Shown one piece after another: positions 45,804 to 59,800 of a DNA stretch of 64,000 nt; the first letter of the stretch is position 1, and each line of letters opens with the position of its first letter. Below the pieces are notes generated by a model that was not told the DNA's origin, did no database searches, and saw only the letters and a program-made list of their open reading frames with translations. The DNA is from Haplodiscus bocki (Eukaryota), in the NCBI GenBank assembly GCA_965655095.1, contig OZ296648.1, forward strand, positions 85,126,001 through 85,190,000. Reading direction: 5' to 3'. The position numbers and the translations under genes were made by a program.

Positions 45804-47899
45804 AGATGGTTCAAAGAAAACAGGAACTTATATCTGTTCGAATCAGCTGCTGTATCAACGGTCATCATCACCATCATTCGAGGACAGCTCATGAGATATT
45901 GTCTGTTGGCTAATAAGCTGTAGATTAGCACTGCATTACTTGTATTGTATCTGGAATAGTCACAGTCGATCCTCTTGATGCAATCAGTCAATCAAACGAT
46001 ATAATATCTTTTCTTACCACAACCAAATTCCTCTGTTGGTGGACACGTCCTATATTCCTATATAAGAGATCGACAGCTCCTCTGTTACGTATGTAAAAGA
46101 TTATCATCTCAGAGTCGAATCCAAACATCTTCACCCATGGGGATCGAAGGAGAATCACCTTTTTGGATCCAATACAGATGCTAGCAGATATGAAATTGAT
46201 TACAAATCGAACGAAGAAAAATGATCCCCATTTTGGAACTCAAAAAATTAACATTATTAAGTTAATAATATTACATTTATTTTTGGTCAATTTTGATTCG
46301 GAAGTGTAATAATCCGTTCGAGACTTATGGAAGTTGTACTTATTGGATCGCAATATATTTTGTTTCCGTTATCTTTTTCTCCGCGAAGTATTGTTGAAGG
46401 GCAAATTATGTTTATAATTTCTGGAAAAGACAAATTGAAGAGGATTTTTCGTCTAATTGATTCAAATGTTCTCCAGAATTTTCAATTCTAATATTTTTGG
46501 ATTTTACACGTGGAATCAGGTTCTATTAAGACTGGTTACAAATTTTTTTCTCTCAAAACTTCAGTTTTGTGGCGTCATCCGCTGCGACTAACACGATCAG
46601 AAACGACCTATTTTGATACACTTGTCAGTTAGTTGGTTTTTTTGCGTCCTACAATGTGCACCTTTTTGAAAAATTACGCTAACGTTGCGACCCTGAAAGG
46701 CATGATTGACAACCCAGGAAAAACTAGAAAAGGAATCTTATGGCAATTTTCCGCTATTTTTGACCTGATTTGTGCTGTTGTTTTGTTTCAATTGGGAACA
46801 TCAGCTACGATGAAGATAACGAAAAATATATGGTGGAAATTCATGAATACCTGGAGATAGCTCATCTTAGCTTCTTTTGAAAAACCCAGACTCTCCAAAC
46901 TTGCGACTTCTGCCTCAATTTTTGTGTTTTCCATTGATTGAAATCGGTTGCATTGTAAAGAAGATGATGGTGAAGACAAAGTGCGCACATTCCGGAAGAA
47001 CGCAAATATAGTATATCTTTCATTAAAGAAGTTGAAAAAATGACGTTTTTGATAAACAATTTGACTGAGTGCGCCAGTAGATACAAAGGCTACTTGAAAG
47101 ACGCATTATCGGGTAAAACAGCGGAAAGTTGAGCAACGATGGCAAAACCTGGGCAAACGTTACCTTTTCCGCACACTAAAATACAAAAGAGCATTCTCTC
47201 TCGCACATCGAAGGGTTTTAAAATATATATTTTGTAATTTTGGTTTAACTCAATGCTAAACAGCTTGGTCGGGGAAATAAGAAAAGGACGGCAAACAGCC
47301 TATGTCTACAATTTTTGCTGAAGTTAAAACAAGCCGAAGCGGTAAAAAGATCACAAGAGAACTTCTTACGTTTTTGGGTATATTTCGATTTCAAAAGTGA
47401 ACGCAGTGGTGTTCCATGTCGAGCTAGGCCAATTTTGTTTTTTCAAAAGTAGAAAGTACTGAGAAGAGAGATAATTTTTAAAACACCCAACAAAGTTTCA
47501 ACTTTTGTCTAAAAGTTCGGTCTCACAAAGGTGTATGAACTTTCAACAGCTCACAAGTGTTTTTTGCTTGTCTCCGGATGATCAGAGAAGGGCCCGTTTT
47601 CGAAAGTTATATGCTCAAAATTGGGAAGATGTTGCATAGAAACAATCATTTTTCAAACGTATTTATGGTATGCAACCGGCTATTTAGGGTAACAGTTTTC
47701 TCAGACGGGGCGACCTTGAAGAATTGGGACACCAAAACTTGAAAAATGCAGGACGTAACCAGCATTCTGTCATTCGGCTATAAGTATTACACCATAGAAG
47801 TTTTTACACTGCAAGTTTTCAGAGTGCTTAAAGACAAAATTTGGTAAAATACTGCAAATAAGCTGCAACAACTGAATCGAGTAGTAAATTTCCCCTATA

Positions 47900-50800
47900 A
47901 AAGACTCCAATTTAGTTTTTAGGAAATCAAACCCCAAACAAACGGTCAAATGTTAGATATACACAACTTTTTTTCAATGTGACATGAGTGTTTGCAAATC
48001 AACTATCCAAAATCGAACCATTTTGGAGACGTAGAAATCTCAAAACGGTCTATTGCTGCGCGAAAACAAAATCTTATAAATTTGACAAAATGTTAGCTCG
48101 CATAATCGGTTCCAAGTAATACCATCATTGTTTCCAAAATAAGTAAAATTTTCAACATAAACATTAATTTTTCAATCATTTTCAAGTTATTCGCCATCAA
48201 TTTTCAGAATTGAACCATTTTGAAGAATTTAGAAACTTCAAATTGAAAACATAAATGATTTGGACAGCATATTTTCAATTGTTCATAAAGTGTCTCCCAT
48301 CAGCACCCCATAGTTGAGCTACTTGAAGAATAGAACAATTCAATAAGGTAACAGGTTAGATCTAAACTTTAATTTGTTAGTCCCCTGAAGTTTATGAAAT
48401 TTATGTTCCACCAAATTTCCAGAATTGAACAATTTCGTAGAGCTAAAGCTACACAAATACCAAAACTGAACAATTTCGTAAGAATCAAGCACCTCAATGA
48501 AATGTAAAATGCTTGGAACATTGAACATTTCTTCAATTTGACAAAATTTATCATTTACCAACTTTCCAAAAGAGAACCTTTTTGAAAAATTGAAGATCCC
48601 AAAAGTGGTAAATTGGTAGACACAAAACCGCCTAATCTTTCAATCAGTTGAGTTTCCTAAAAAAGATAAAAATTGCCGGATACATACGATAATATTTCAA
48701 GTGGAAATGGTATGTTTTTTCTCATATTTCTCACAATGACCATCTTAGAGAAATAAAAAATCCAAAACTGGCAAGAAGTGTGATAGAAATAAAATTTTTC
48801 CAGTCTTACATAAATCATTTCTTGAAAAATTCCCAGATCTGGACGTTTTTGAAGAACTTACGACGCCACATGTGGTAAAATGGTGGACATCAACAAGCAA
48901 TTTCCATGTTGACAAAAGATATCACCCTTTCCAACACGACGTTTTTTGAAGATATAAAACACCAAAAATTGGTGAACGCTGGAAACAAGCAACACTTCTC
49001 TATTCCGACATTAGTTGAACGCTTCGAATTAGACCCATATCGGAACGGATACAACAAACAGTTTTTCAACCGGACATATTTTTTCCCTGATCAGTTTCCA
49101 GAAGTAGACCTCTCAGAAATGCTTAGGGTCACCAAAAGATCGAAATGTTGGATATAAACAACCACTTTTTGATGACAAATACTTCATTTTCTGCCAGTTT
49201 TCCCGAACTGGACCGTTTTGTAGAGCCAAAGGTACGAAAGTCTTTAAGAAGCCGATTTGAGCAACAGGCTTCAAATTTGACATAAACATCGATTATGCAT
49301 TATCGAAAACTGAAGAGCTCTGGAGAATTGAGAACTAAAAACTGTTAATCTGCTGCGAAAAAAAAAAATTTCAAACGGACAAACCTTGTTCTCACTAACT
49401 TTTCTAAAATTGAAGTCTTTAGCAGAGATAATGGTACCAAAAAAGGTGGAATGCTAAACAAAAAACACATATTTTCCATTTTATGGAATTTATTATCAAT
49501 TAACCTTGCAGAAACAGACCATCCTGATGACTCAAAGACTTCATGTTGAAACATTTTGAAAAAATGCAACAATTTGCATTCCTAAATAACATTTTTGTTT
49601 CATTTTTTTGATCCTGACTTTTTTAGTAGGCTAGTAGGCGTATAAATTATGAGTTACTGCATCTGAAACATAAGTTTTCCATTTGATAAAAGACTTTACC
49701 TATCTGTTTCCTAAAATGGAACTTCTCCCCAAAATGGAACAATGTTGAAGAGTTGAATGCCTGACCAATTAGTAAAAAGCTCGCAACGAACGATATTTTT
49801 CCAATCGAACTTTAGGTGTCCCCTTTGACCTTTCTAAAAAGGGAACTTGATGTAGAATTGGAAACTCAAACTAAGCAAAATGCCGGATAAAGTCAACAGA
49901 TTTCAGTCTTAATAAAACACTTTTCTGTCAATTTTACACAACAGGAACATGCTCAAGATTGGAAGTCTTCAATTTGGTAAACTGTCGAAGTAGTCAGCTA
50001 TTTTTCAGGCCTGCAGAAACATCTATCTAACAATATTTTAGGTCTGTACCAGTTTAGAATACACTAAATTCCAAACTTTTTAAAACGCCGGATAAGAACA
50101 GCAAAATTTATTACTCGGAAAAGTCTTCACCTTTTCTTTTCCTGAAACTCAAGCACTTTGGAGCTAAAAACCCTCAAATAAACTTATTGAATGCAAGAAT
50201 TGAACATTTCTCCAATCGGACCTAATTATTGTAAGTCAAGCTTCTGGAAATGGACTTATGTTGAGTTGAAAGCCAAAAGTTTTTTGAAGTGATAGATACA
50301 AACCACTATTTTTGAATTGGACGAAAGTTATCAACGATTAAAAATATACAACTGGATAGTTAAGGTGAGATGTCTCAAATTTCACTGAGTTGCTATTTTT
50401 AAACCACACCAATCTTCCAAAAGTTGAGCATCTTGAAACTGGTTCAAAAAATGGATTAAAACGAATTTTTAAAAGTACAAAAATCAATCTCTCTCAGTTT
50501 TTCAAAACCTGGGTTGATTCTGAGAGTTTGAGCTCCAGAAGTGGTAGAATGTTGTAAATGAGCATGGTGGTGACATTAGTTATCACCAATCCTGTTTCCA
50601 GAATTCCTCCCTTTTGAAGCGTTAAATACCCCTGAACTTGATAAACGCTGGAAACACTTTTCCAATTGGATGCAACTGGTCACTTTTCGAAATGAACCCG
50701 TAACCAAAAAGACATCTCAAGAGTTTTTGAATCCGATATAAGTTACCAAGCATCAAACCTAAAATTTGGACCATTATGAGGAATTAATGATCCTAAAAAG

Positions 50801-53800
50801 TGAATTTTTGGAAAAAAAGTTTTTTCTTCCGCTCAAAATTTTCCCATACAAACTTTCCCAAACTGGAAAGTTTTTAAAAACTGACGATCTCAAAACTTGA
50901 AACGGTGGATCCATAGATTTCTTTTCCGGTTGGAGACAGTGTATTTTCTACCGTATTTCCTAAATTCCAACATCTTGAAAAGATAAGACCCCAAAACTGA
51001 TAGCAAGTTACATATAAACAACATTTATTGATCCCACATAGTTTATCAACATGTCAATTCCTCTGAATTGGATATTTTGGGATAGGTGAAAACGCCACTA
51101 TTTGAAAATTGCACGTAACTTGGTTGCACGAGTGAAAAACTTGGTTTTTGACTCATATTGGGAATCACGCACACATATTGGAAAAATGAGAAAAACATGG
51201 CAAAAAAGTAGTAAAATGCGGCAAAGGGGCATTATTTTTTTCAATTGCACAAAAATTGCTGTCCATCAACCATCTAGAACTGGTCTTTTGTTGAGTTCAA
51301 TTGCGATGATGTTTTGAAGTCCTGGATACAAATCACACTTTTTCATTGTCAAAACTTATCTGCGATCAAAAATCTGAAACTGCACTTTTAAGGAGATGAG
51401 TTTTCCGATTTCGGTAAAACGCTTGATACATAGAATCATACTTCCTTCAATAGTCGAATATCCCATTAATTGTATCTTACTGGATGTTTACAAACGTTTG
51501 CCAATTGGACATAAAATATTGTCCGTAAAGTTCCATATATTGGACAATTCAGGAGAGTTGAAGACCTCAGACTTGTCGAAATGTTTTGTATCGGCAAAAA
51601 AAATCCATGATTTTATTAGCAATCACAAATCCTTTTTCTAGAATTGTTCCGTTTGGAAGCGTTGAGTATTCCTACAGTTCCAAAAACCTGTAAGCAAACA
51701 ATAGTTTTCCACGTGGCCAGTTTGTCACTTCTCCAATTGGACTTTTTGCATTATAGAAATCGACAAAAGCTATTGAACTCGACATAGAATACTACCCATC
51801 AATTTTCATGTTTCCAAATTTGGACCTCTTTGAGGTAATAATGATCCTTTGTAAACAGTAAACTTTTGGATATATTCAACAGTTTTTCCACTAGTTCGTA
51901 ATTAATTTTAGACCGAAACTGGGTGTAAACTGTGTGCAAACAATTTCTTTTTCTAGTGAACAAAGAGTTTTTCGTACCACCCTTCCCGAATTAAACCATC
52001 TTGGAGAGTTGAAGACCTCAATAATGATAAGCTGTTGGACATGGAAACAACGTTTAGTGGTCCTAAATTGGTTATTTTGCATCATTTTTTCAGAACTTAA
52101 CGAATTGTAGTTTTGGCGAAGTCAAAACGCCAAAATTTGAACAATGTTGGTTATGAAATAATTTTCTTGTGACATTGGACATCACTCAACTGTTTTCGAA
52201 AAATTGATCTTCTTGTTGAGGCAAAATCCCCTAGATAGTAAAAAGTTGCAACTGAGCAATGTTTTTCCAATTGAACATATGTTTTTGATTGTCAATCATC
52301 TAAGAGTGGACTTTTGATGAGTTCAATGTCGATGAAAGTTTAAAGTGCTGGACACAAACCGCAGTGTTCCATTGGACAAAGATTAGGCGCTATCAAAACT
52401 CTAAACCTGCAGTTTTAAGCAGCTGATTGTTCCCGTTTGGGTAAATCACTTGATGCACAAAATCATACTTGTTTCAACAGTCGATTTTACTAACACTGGT
52501 TAACTATTGGATGTCTACAACAGTTTGTTAATTGGACGTAAGGTATTCTCTATAAAGTACACTAAAGGGGCCAATCAGAAAAGTTAAGAACATAAAAATT
52601 GTCGATGTGTTGTAAACCTGCAAAAAATTCCATGGTTTTGCCGTAGAACATAAATACTTTTTACGAAAATGCACCGTTTTGAAGTGTTCAATACCCGCAA
52701 ATTTTAATCGTGGCAAACAAACAACACTTTTCCAATTGACCACATATCCTCTTGTTTTGAAGTGGACCCCTAGCAATAACGATAACCACAAAAATTTTCC
52801 AATCTAACATAAGATACAGCCCATCAAACTTCCGTTATTGGGCCAATATGAAATAAAATTTCACCCTGTGTGAAAACTGATCTGTTGAATGTAATGAACA
52901 GTTCCTTCACTCGTTCGATAGTCATCCCATACCAACTTTCCAAAATTGGATGTTTTTCCATAACGTACGATCTCAAAGGTGGAGAAATGCTGGATACGTA
53001 AAACCATGTTTTTTGTCAGTAAGGGATTTATTTAAAGAGATATAACGCTGGATGAATACAACACTTTTTGAATTTCCCGCACGGTAATTCCTTCTCACTT
53101 TCATGACTTGTACTATCTTGAAGAGATAAAGAACCCACCTTAGATAAATTACTACATGGGAACAACAATTATAGATTCTTCATAGGTTATCTGTAATATT
53201 TTTTTCAGGATAGACAACATTTGAGAGCACGAAACGCCAATACTTGGAAAATTCAAGCTACAAAAGACATGTTTTTATTCTGACGTTGGAACTCGCGCCC
53301 TCATTTTCAAAAATGGACGTTTTTGATGAGAAAAACTCTTCAAAATTGAGTAAATAGTGAAAAAAGCAACAATTCTTCAAATGGAAATTGTTTTTTTTTG
53401 TCTGTCAAACGTCTGAAAATGGTTTTTGAGGAGTTAAAAAGCCAAAACATTTACAATTTTGGAAAGAAAGTCACAGTTTTTCAATAGAATAAAAGTTATC
53501 CGGGATCAAATTTCTAAAACTGGACGTCAAAGGAGAGGATTCTTCCAACATTGATAAAACGCTGGAAACATACAATCATTTTCTTTCAATAGTCAGATAC
53601 CCTTAAAAGGATTAAAGATTGGGTATTAACATCATTTTTTTAAATGGACGGAAGATATTCTCTCGGAAGTTTGCTGAAATGGACCGACTTGGAGAGACAG
53701 AGAACCCAAATTTGGTGAAGTGTTGTATTCCAGCTACAAGTTTCAATGTTAAAATTCGATGTCACCAACCCATTTTTCAAAACCGCTCAATTTTGAAGCA

Positions 53801-56800
53801 TTGAGTACCACTAAAATTGGTAAACGCTGGAAACGAACAACAATACTCCAAATAGACATCATTTCTCACTTCTCGAATTGCCTCCTCAGCAATAAAAAAA
53901 TCCACAAATTCTTTCCACTCCACCATCGAATACCGCCAATCAAAATTCAATTTTGGGTTGTTACGAAAAAATATTCATCATATATGAAAACTGATGTGTT
54001 GAATCTAAACAACATGTTTGTCACTCGCCTGTAAAAAAATCCCATCCGAACTTTCTAGAATTGGACGTTTCTCAAAAATTGGTGATCATAAATCTGATAG
54101 AAAGCTGGTTACAAACCACCTTGCTTTTTTGACAAAATGGATTTTTCAAAAAAGGTGAAACGCAATGTATCTCCATCCAACTTGCCTAAACTGTACAATT
54201 TTGAAGAGTTAGGACTTCCAGATTTGGTAAAATGAAACAAAGAAACCATATTTATTTGTCCTAGATATGTTTTTTCCCATCAATTTTTCGGACTGAATCT
54301 GTTTGGAGCACTAAAAACGCCAACATTTGAAAAATACTGTTTATTAGAAGCATTTTTTAAACTGCTGCTGATTATCACGAATCTATATTTGAAAAAAGGA
54401 TCTGTTTGGTGAGAGAACATCTCTTAAATATAGTAGAATGCTGCATTTAGGCAATTCTTCATCAGTTGGACATAAACTATTGTCTTTCATTTATCAAAAT
54501 TTGGTAATTTGATGAGCTCGCCAGACAGAAAAGTTAGATTCCTGGTTTTAAGTAATACTTTTTCAACTGGACAAAAGTTATGCGCGATTAAAACTCTAAA
54601 ACTTGATTTTTACGGCGATGTGTTTCCCAAAATTAGAAATGCGTTGCTTGACATGCATTCATATTGTTGTCTGAAAAACTCTCAAACCTGGACGTTTTAT
54701 CAGAACTAGAGACCCCAGAAACTAGCAAGTTGTTTTTTCGCTGAATTTCAGGAACGTTTTTTCCAGATGATATAATTTGAAACGTATAGTTTTCCCAAAA
54801 AAGAACCGTTTTCAGGAGATCTCTTCTCATAAAAATGGTCTATTGCTGAAAATAAAAGACACCTTTTCAATTGGACGTAAAGTTTCTAGTTTTGAAGTGA
54901 ATCCCTGGCAACATGATTATCCATGACACTTTTTAAGCCTGATATAAGTTACTGCAAGATTTTATTCAAATTCGGACTACTACGATGATTTTCTGAGCTT
55001 GAAAATGGGATACTGTTGGATTTGAACACAACTTTTCCCACGCGTTACTAGTTTATCACAACCAATTTCCAAAACTGGAGGTTGTACCACAATTGAAGAT
55101 TCAGAATTTGCTGATATGCCCGATTCGCATTTTCATGTTTCTTTGTTACTGGTTGAAGAAATCGACAAAAGCTATTGAACTCGACATAGAATACTACCCA
55201 TCAATTTTCATGTTTCCAAATTTGGACCTCTTTGAGGTAATAATGATCCTTTGTAAACAGTAAACTTTTGGATATATTCAACAGTTTTTCCACTAGTTCG
55301 TAATTAATTTTAGACCGAAACTGGGTGTAAACTGTGTGCAAACAATTTCTTTTTCTAGTGAACAAAGAGTTTTTCGTACCACCCTTCCCGAATTAAACCA
55401 TCTTGGAGAGTTGAAGACCTCAATAATGATAAGCTGTTGGACATGGAAACAACGTTTAGTGGTCCTAAATTGGTTATTTTGCATCATTTTTTCAGAACTT
55501 AACGAATTGTAGTTTTGGCGAAGTCAAAACGCCAAAATTTGAACAATGTTGGTTATGAAATAATTTTCTTGTGACATTGGACATCACTCAACTGTTTTCG
55601 AAAAATTGATCTTCTTGTTGAGGCAAAATCCCCTAGATAGTAAAAAGTTGCAACTGAGCAATGTTTTTCCAATTGAACATATGTTTTTGATTGTCAATCA
55701 TCTAAGAGTGGACTTTTGATGAGTTCAATGTCGATGAAAGTTTAAAGTGCTGGACACAAACCGCAGTGTTCCATTGGACAAAGATTAGGCGCTATCAAAA
55801 CTCTAAACCTGCAGTTTTAAGCAGCTGATTGTTCCCGTTTGGGTAAATCACTTGATGCACAAAATCATACTTGTTTCAACAGTCGATTTTACTAACACTG
55901 GTTAACTATTGGATGTCTACAACAGTTTGTTAATTGGACGTAAGGTATTCTCTATAAAGTACACTAAAGGGGCCAATCAGAAAAGTTAAGAACATAAAAA
56001 TTGTCGATGTGTTGTAAACCTGCAAAAAATTCCATGGTTTTGCCGTAGAACATAAATACTTTTTACGAAAATGCACCGTTTTGAAGTGTTCAATACCCGC
56101 AAATTTTAATCGTGGCAAACAAACAACACTTTTCCAATTGACCACATATCCTCTTGTTTTGAAGTGGACCCCTAGCAATAACGATAACCACAAAAATTTT
56201 CCAATCTAACATAAGATACAGCCCATCAAACTTCCGTTATTGGGCCAATATGAAATAAAATTTCACCCTGTGTGAAAACTGATCTGTTGAATGTAATGAA
56301 CAGTTCCTTCACTCGTTCGATAGTCATCCCATACCAACTTTCCAAAATTGGATGTTTTTCCATAACGTACGATCTCAAAGGTGGAGAAATGCTGGATACG
56401 TAAAACCATGTTTTTTGTCAGTAAGGGATTTATTTAAAGAGATATAACGCTGGATGAATACAACACTTTTTGAATTTCCCGCACGGTAATTCCTTCTCAC
56501 TTTCATGACTTGTACTATCTTGAAGAGATAAAGAACCCACCTTAGATAAATTACTACATGGGAACAACAATTATAGATTCTTCATAGGTTATCTGTAATA
56601 TTTTTTTCAGGATAGACAACATTTGAGAGCACGAAACGCCAATACTTGGAAAATTCAAGCTACAAAAGACATGTTTTTATTCTGACGTTGGAACTCGCGC
56701 CCTCATTTTCAAAAATGGACGTTTTTGATGAGAAAAACTCTTCAAAATTGAGTAAATAGTGAAAAAAGCAACAATTCTTCAAATGGAAATTGTTTTTTTT

Positions 56801-59800
56801 TTGTCTGTCAAACGTCTGAAAATGGTTTTTGAGGAGTTAAAAAGCCAAAACATTTACAATTTTGGAAAGAAAGTCACAGTTTTTCAATAGAACAAAAGTT
56901 ATCCGGGATCAAATTTCTAAAACTGGACGTCAAAGGAGAGGATTCTTCCAACATTGATAAAACGCTGGAAACATACAATCATTTTCTTTCAATAGTCAGA
57001 TACCCTTAAAAGGATTAAAGATTGGGTATTAACATCATTTTTTTAAATGGACGGAAGATATTCTCTCGGAAGTTTGCTGAAATGGACCGACTTGGAGAGA
57101 CAGAGAACCCAAATTTGGTGAAGTGTTGTATTCCAGCTACAAGTTTCAATGTTAAAATTCGATGTCACCAACCCATTTTTCAAAACCGCTCAATTTTGAA
57201 GCATTGAGTACCACTAAAATTGGTAAACGCTGGAAACGAACAACAATACTCCAAATAGACATCATTTCTCACTTCTCGAATTGCCTCCTCAGCAATAAAA
57301 AAATCCACAAATTCTTTCCACTCCACCATCGAATACCGCCAATCAAAATTCAATTTTGGGTTGTTACGAAAAAATATTCATCATATATGAAAACTGATGT
57401 GTTGAATCTAAACAACATGTTTGTCACTCGCCTGTAAAAAAATCCCATCCGAACTTTCTAGAATTGGACGTTTCTCAAAAATTGGTGATCATAAATCTGA
57501 TAGAAAGCTGGTTACAAACCACCTTGCTTTTTTGACAAAATGGATTTTTCAAAAAAGGTGAAACGCAATGTATCTCCATCCAACTTGCCTAAACTGTACA
57601 ATTTTGAAGAGTTAGGACTTCCAGATTTGGTAAAATGAAACAAAGAAACCATATTTATTTGTCCTAGATATGTTTTTTCCCATCAATTTTTCGGACTGAA
57701 TCTGTTTGGAGCACTAAAAACGCCAACATTTGAAAAATACTGTTTATTAGAAGCATTTTTTAAACTGCTGCTGATTATCACGAATCTATATTTGAAAAAA
57801 GGATCTGTTTGGTGAGAGAACATCTCTTAAATATAGTAGAATGCTGCATTTAGGCAATTCTTCATCAGTTGGACATAAACTATTGTCTTTCATTTATCAA
57901 AATTTGGTAATTTGATGAGCTCGCCAGACAGAAAAGTTAGATTCCTGGTTTTAAGTAATACTTTTTCAACTGGACAAAAGTTATGCGCGATTAAAACTCT
58001 AAAACTTGATTTTTACGGCGATGTGTTTCCCAAAATTAGAAATGCGTTGCTTGACATGCATTCATATTGTTGTCTGAAAAACTCTCAAACCTGGACGTTT
58101 TATCAGAACTAGAGACCCCAGAAACTAGCAAGTTGTTTTTTCGCTGAATTTCAGGAACGTTTTTTCCAGATGATATAATTTGAAACGTATAGTTTTCCCA
58201 AAAAAGAACCGTTTTCAGGAGATCTCTTCTCATAAAAATGGTCTATTGCTGAAAATAAAAGACACCTTTTCAATTGGACGTAAAGTTTCTAGTTTTGAAG
58301 TGAATCCCTGGCAACATGATTATCCATGACACTTTTTAAGCCTGATATAAGTTACTGCAAGATTTTATTCAAATTCGGACTACTACGATGATTTTCTGAG
58401 CTTGAAAATGGGATACTGTTGGATTTGAACACAACTTTTCCCACGCGTTACTAGTTTATCACAACCAATTTCCAAAACTGGAGGTTGTACCACAATTGAA
58501 GATTCAGAATTTGCTGATATGCCCGATTCGCATTTTCATGTTTCTTTGTTACTGGTTGAATTTTTGTAATACTCGAGAGAAAACGGACTATGGCAACATT
58601 TTTTTGCCCTACTTTTGTAATTTTCTATCATTTTTCTAGAACTGGACGTATTTGGAGAGCCAAAGATCTCAAAAATTGTTAAAGGGTCGATATGATCATC
58701 AAGTTCCCAATAAGCCCCAAAATACCGAATGCGCAAGAGTGGACGGTTTTGAAGAGTTGAATCACCCACAAAACTGTTAGCTGTCAGAAAAAAATATCGT
58801 TCCTGCAATTCAAAGGAAGTTGTCACCGGTCACTTTTTTACAGCTGGACTGATTTGGAGAGTCAAAAGTCCCAAAAACATGCCGAAGACGAAAAAAAGTT
58901 TCCCAAACCTATTAAACTTATCATTTATCAATTATCCAGAAACCGTATTTTTTGAAACGTTGAAGTCTTCCAATTGGTAACTTTTGATTGTGAACAACAT
59001 CTTCTTTACCTAGGCAGTCTTTATTCCATCAGTTTTTCTGAACCGAACTTTGTTGGAGAGCTAAAGTCCTCAATAATGGAAAAAGTTGAATACATCCAAC
59101 AAATTTATACGCTGACATGAAGAGATAACTTATGCATTTTCCGTTAAAGAACTGTCTTTAATAGACGGATACTCCGATTTTTGGTAACAAGCTTGAGTCA
59201 AAAAGCATTTTTTCAATAAAACAGAAGTCGTTGTCATTCGAGTTCGACCCGTTTTGATATACTCATAAACAACAGCTCATCGGTTTGACAAAAGTTATTG
59301 CCCTCATATTTCCGAGAATGGACCTTTTTTGGAATGTTTTTGATACCCAAAATGCTGAAACTTAAAGTGAAATCATACTGTTTCTGTTCTACACACAACA
59401 AATCCAATCGATTTCCCAGAAAAAAACTAATTTGGAGACCTGGAGGAGCCAAACTTCAAAATGCTGGCTTTGGGCGACAATTTATCTCGCCGACAAGATA
59501 TCAACGATACATTTTCGAAAACGGGACGGTTTTGACGAATTGGATGCCCCATCAGTCAATATTTTGTTAACTGGGCATAAATAGTTCCCTCTGTTTTTCC
59601 AAAAATGGACTTATGTGTAGAGTTGAATCTGTCTCTAATCAAATGGAATGACGGAAACAAACAACAAATTTTAAACCCAAGCAAAAAAATTTCTGTCAAT
59701 TTCACAAAACAAGAACATGCTGAAGAAGTAAAGTCTGCAAGTTGGTTATTTTTAGAATTACTCAACCAATTTTCAGGCCTACGAAAACATCTCTCTGTCA

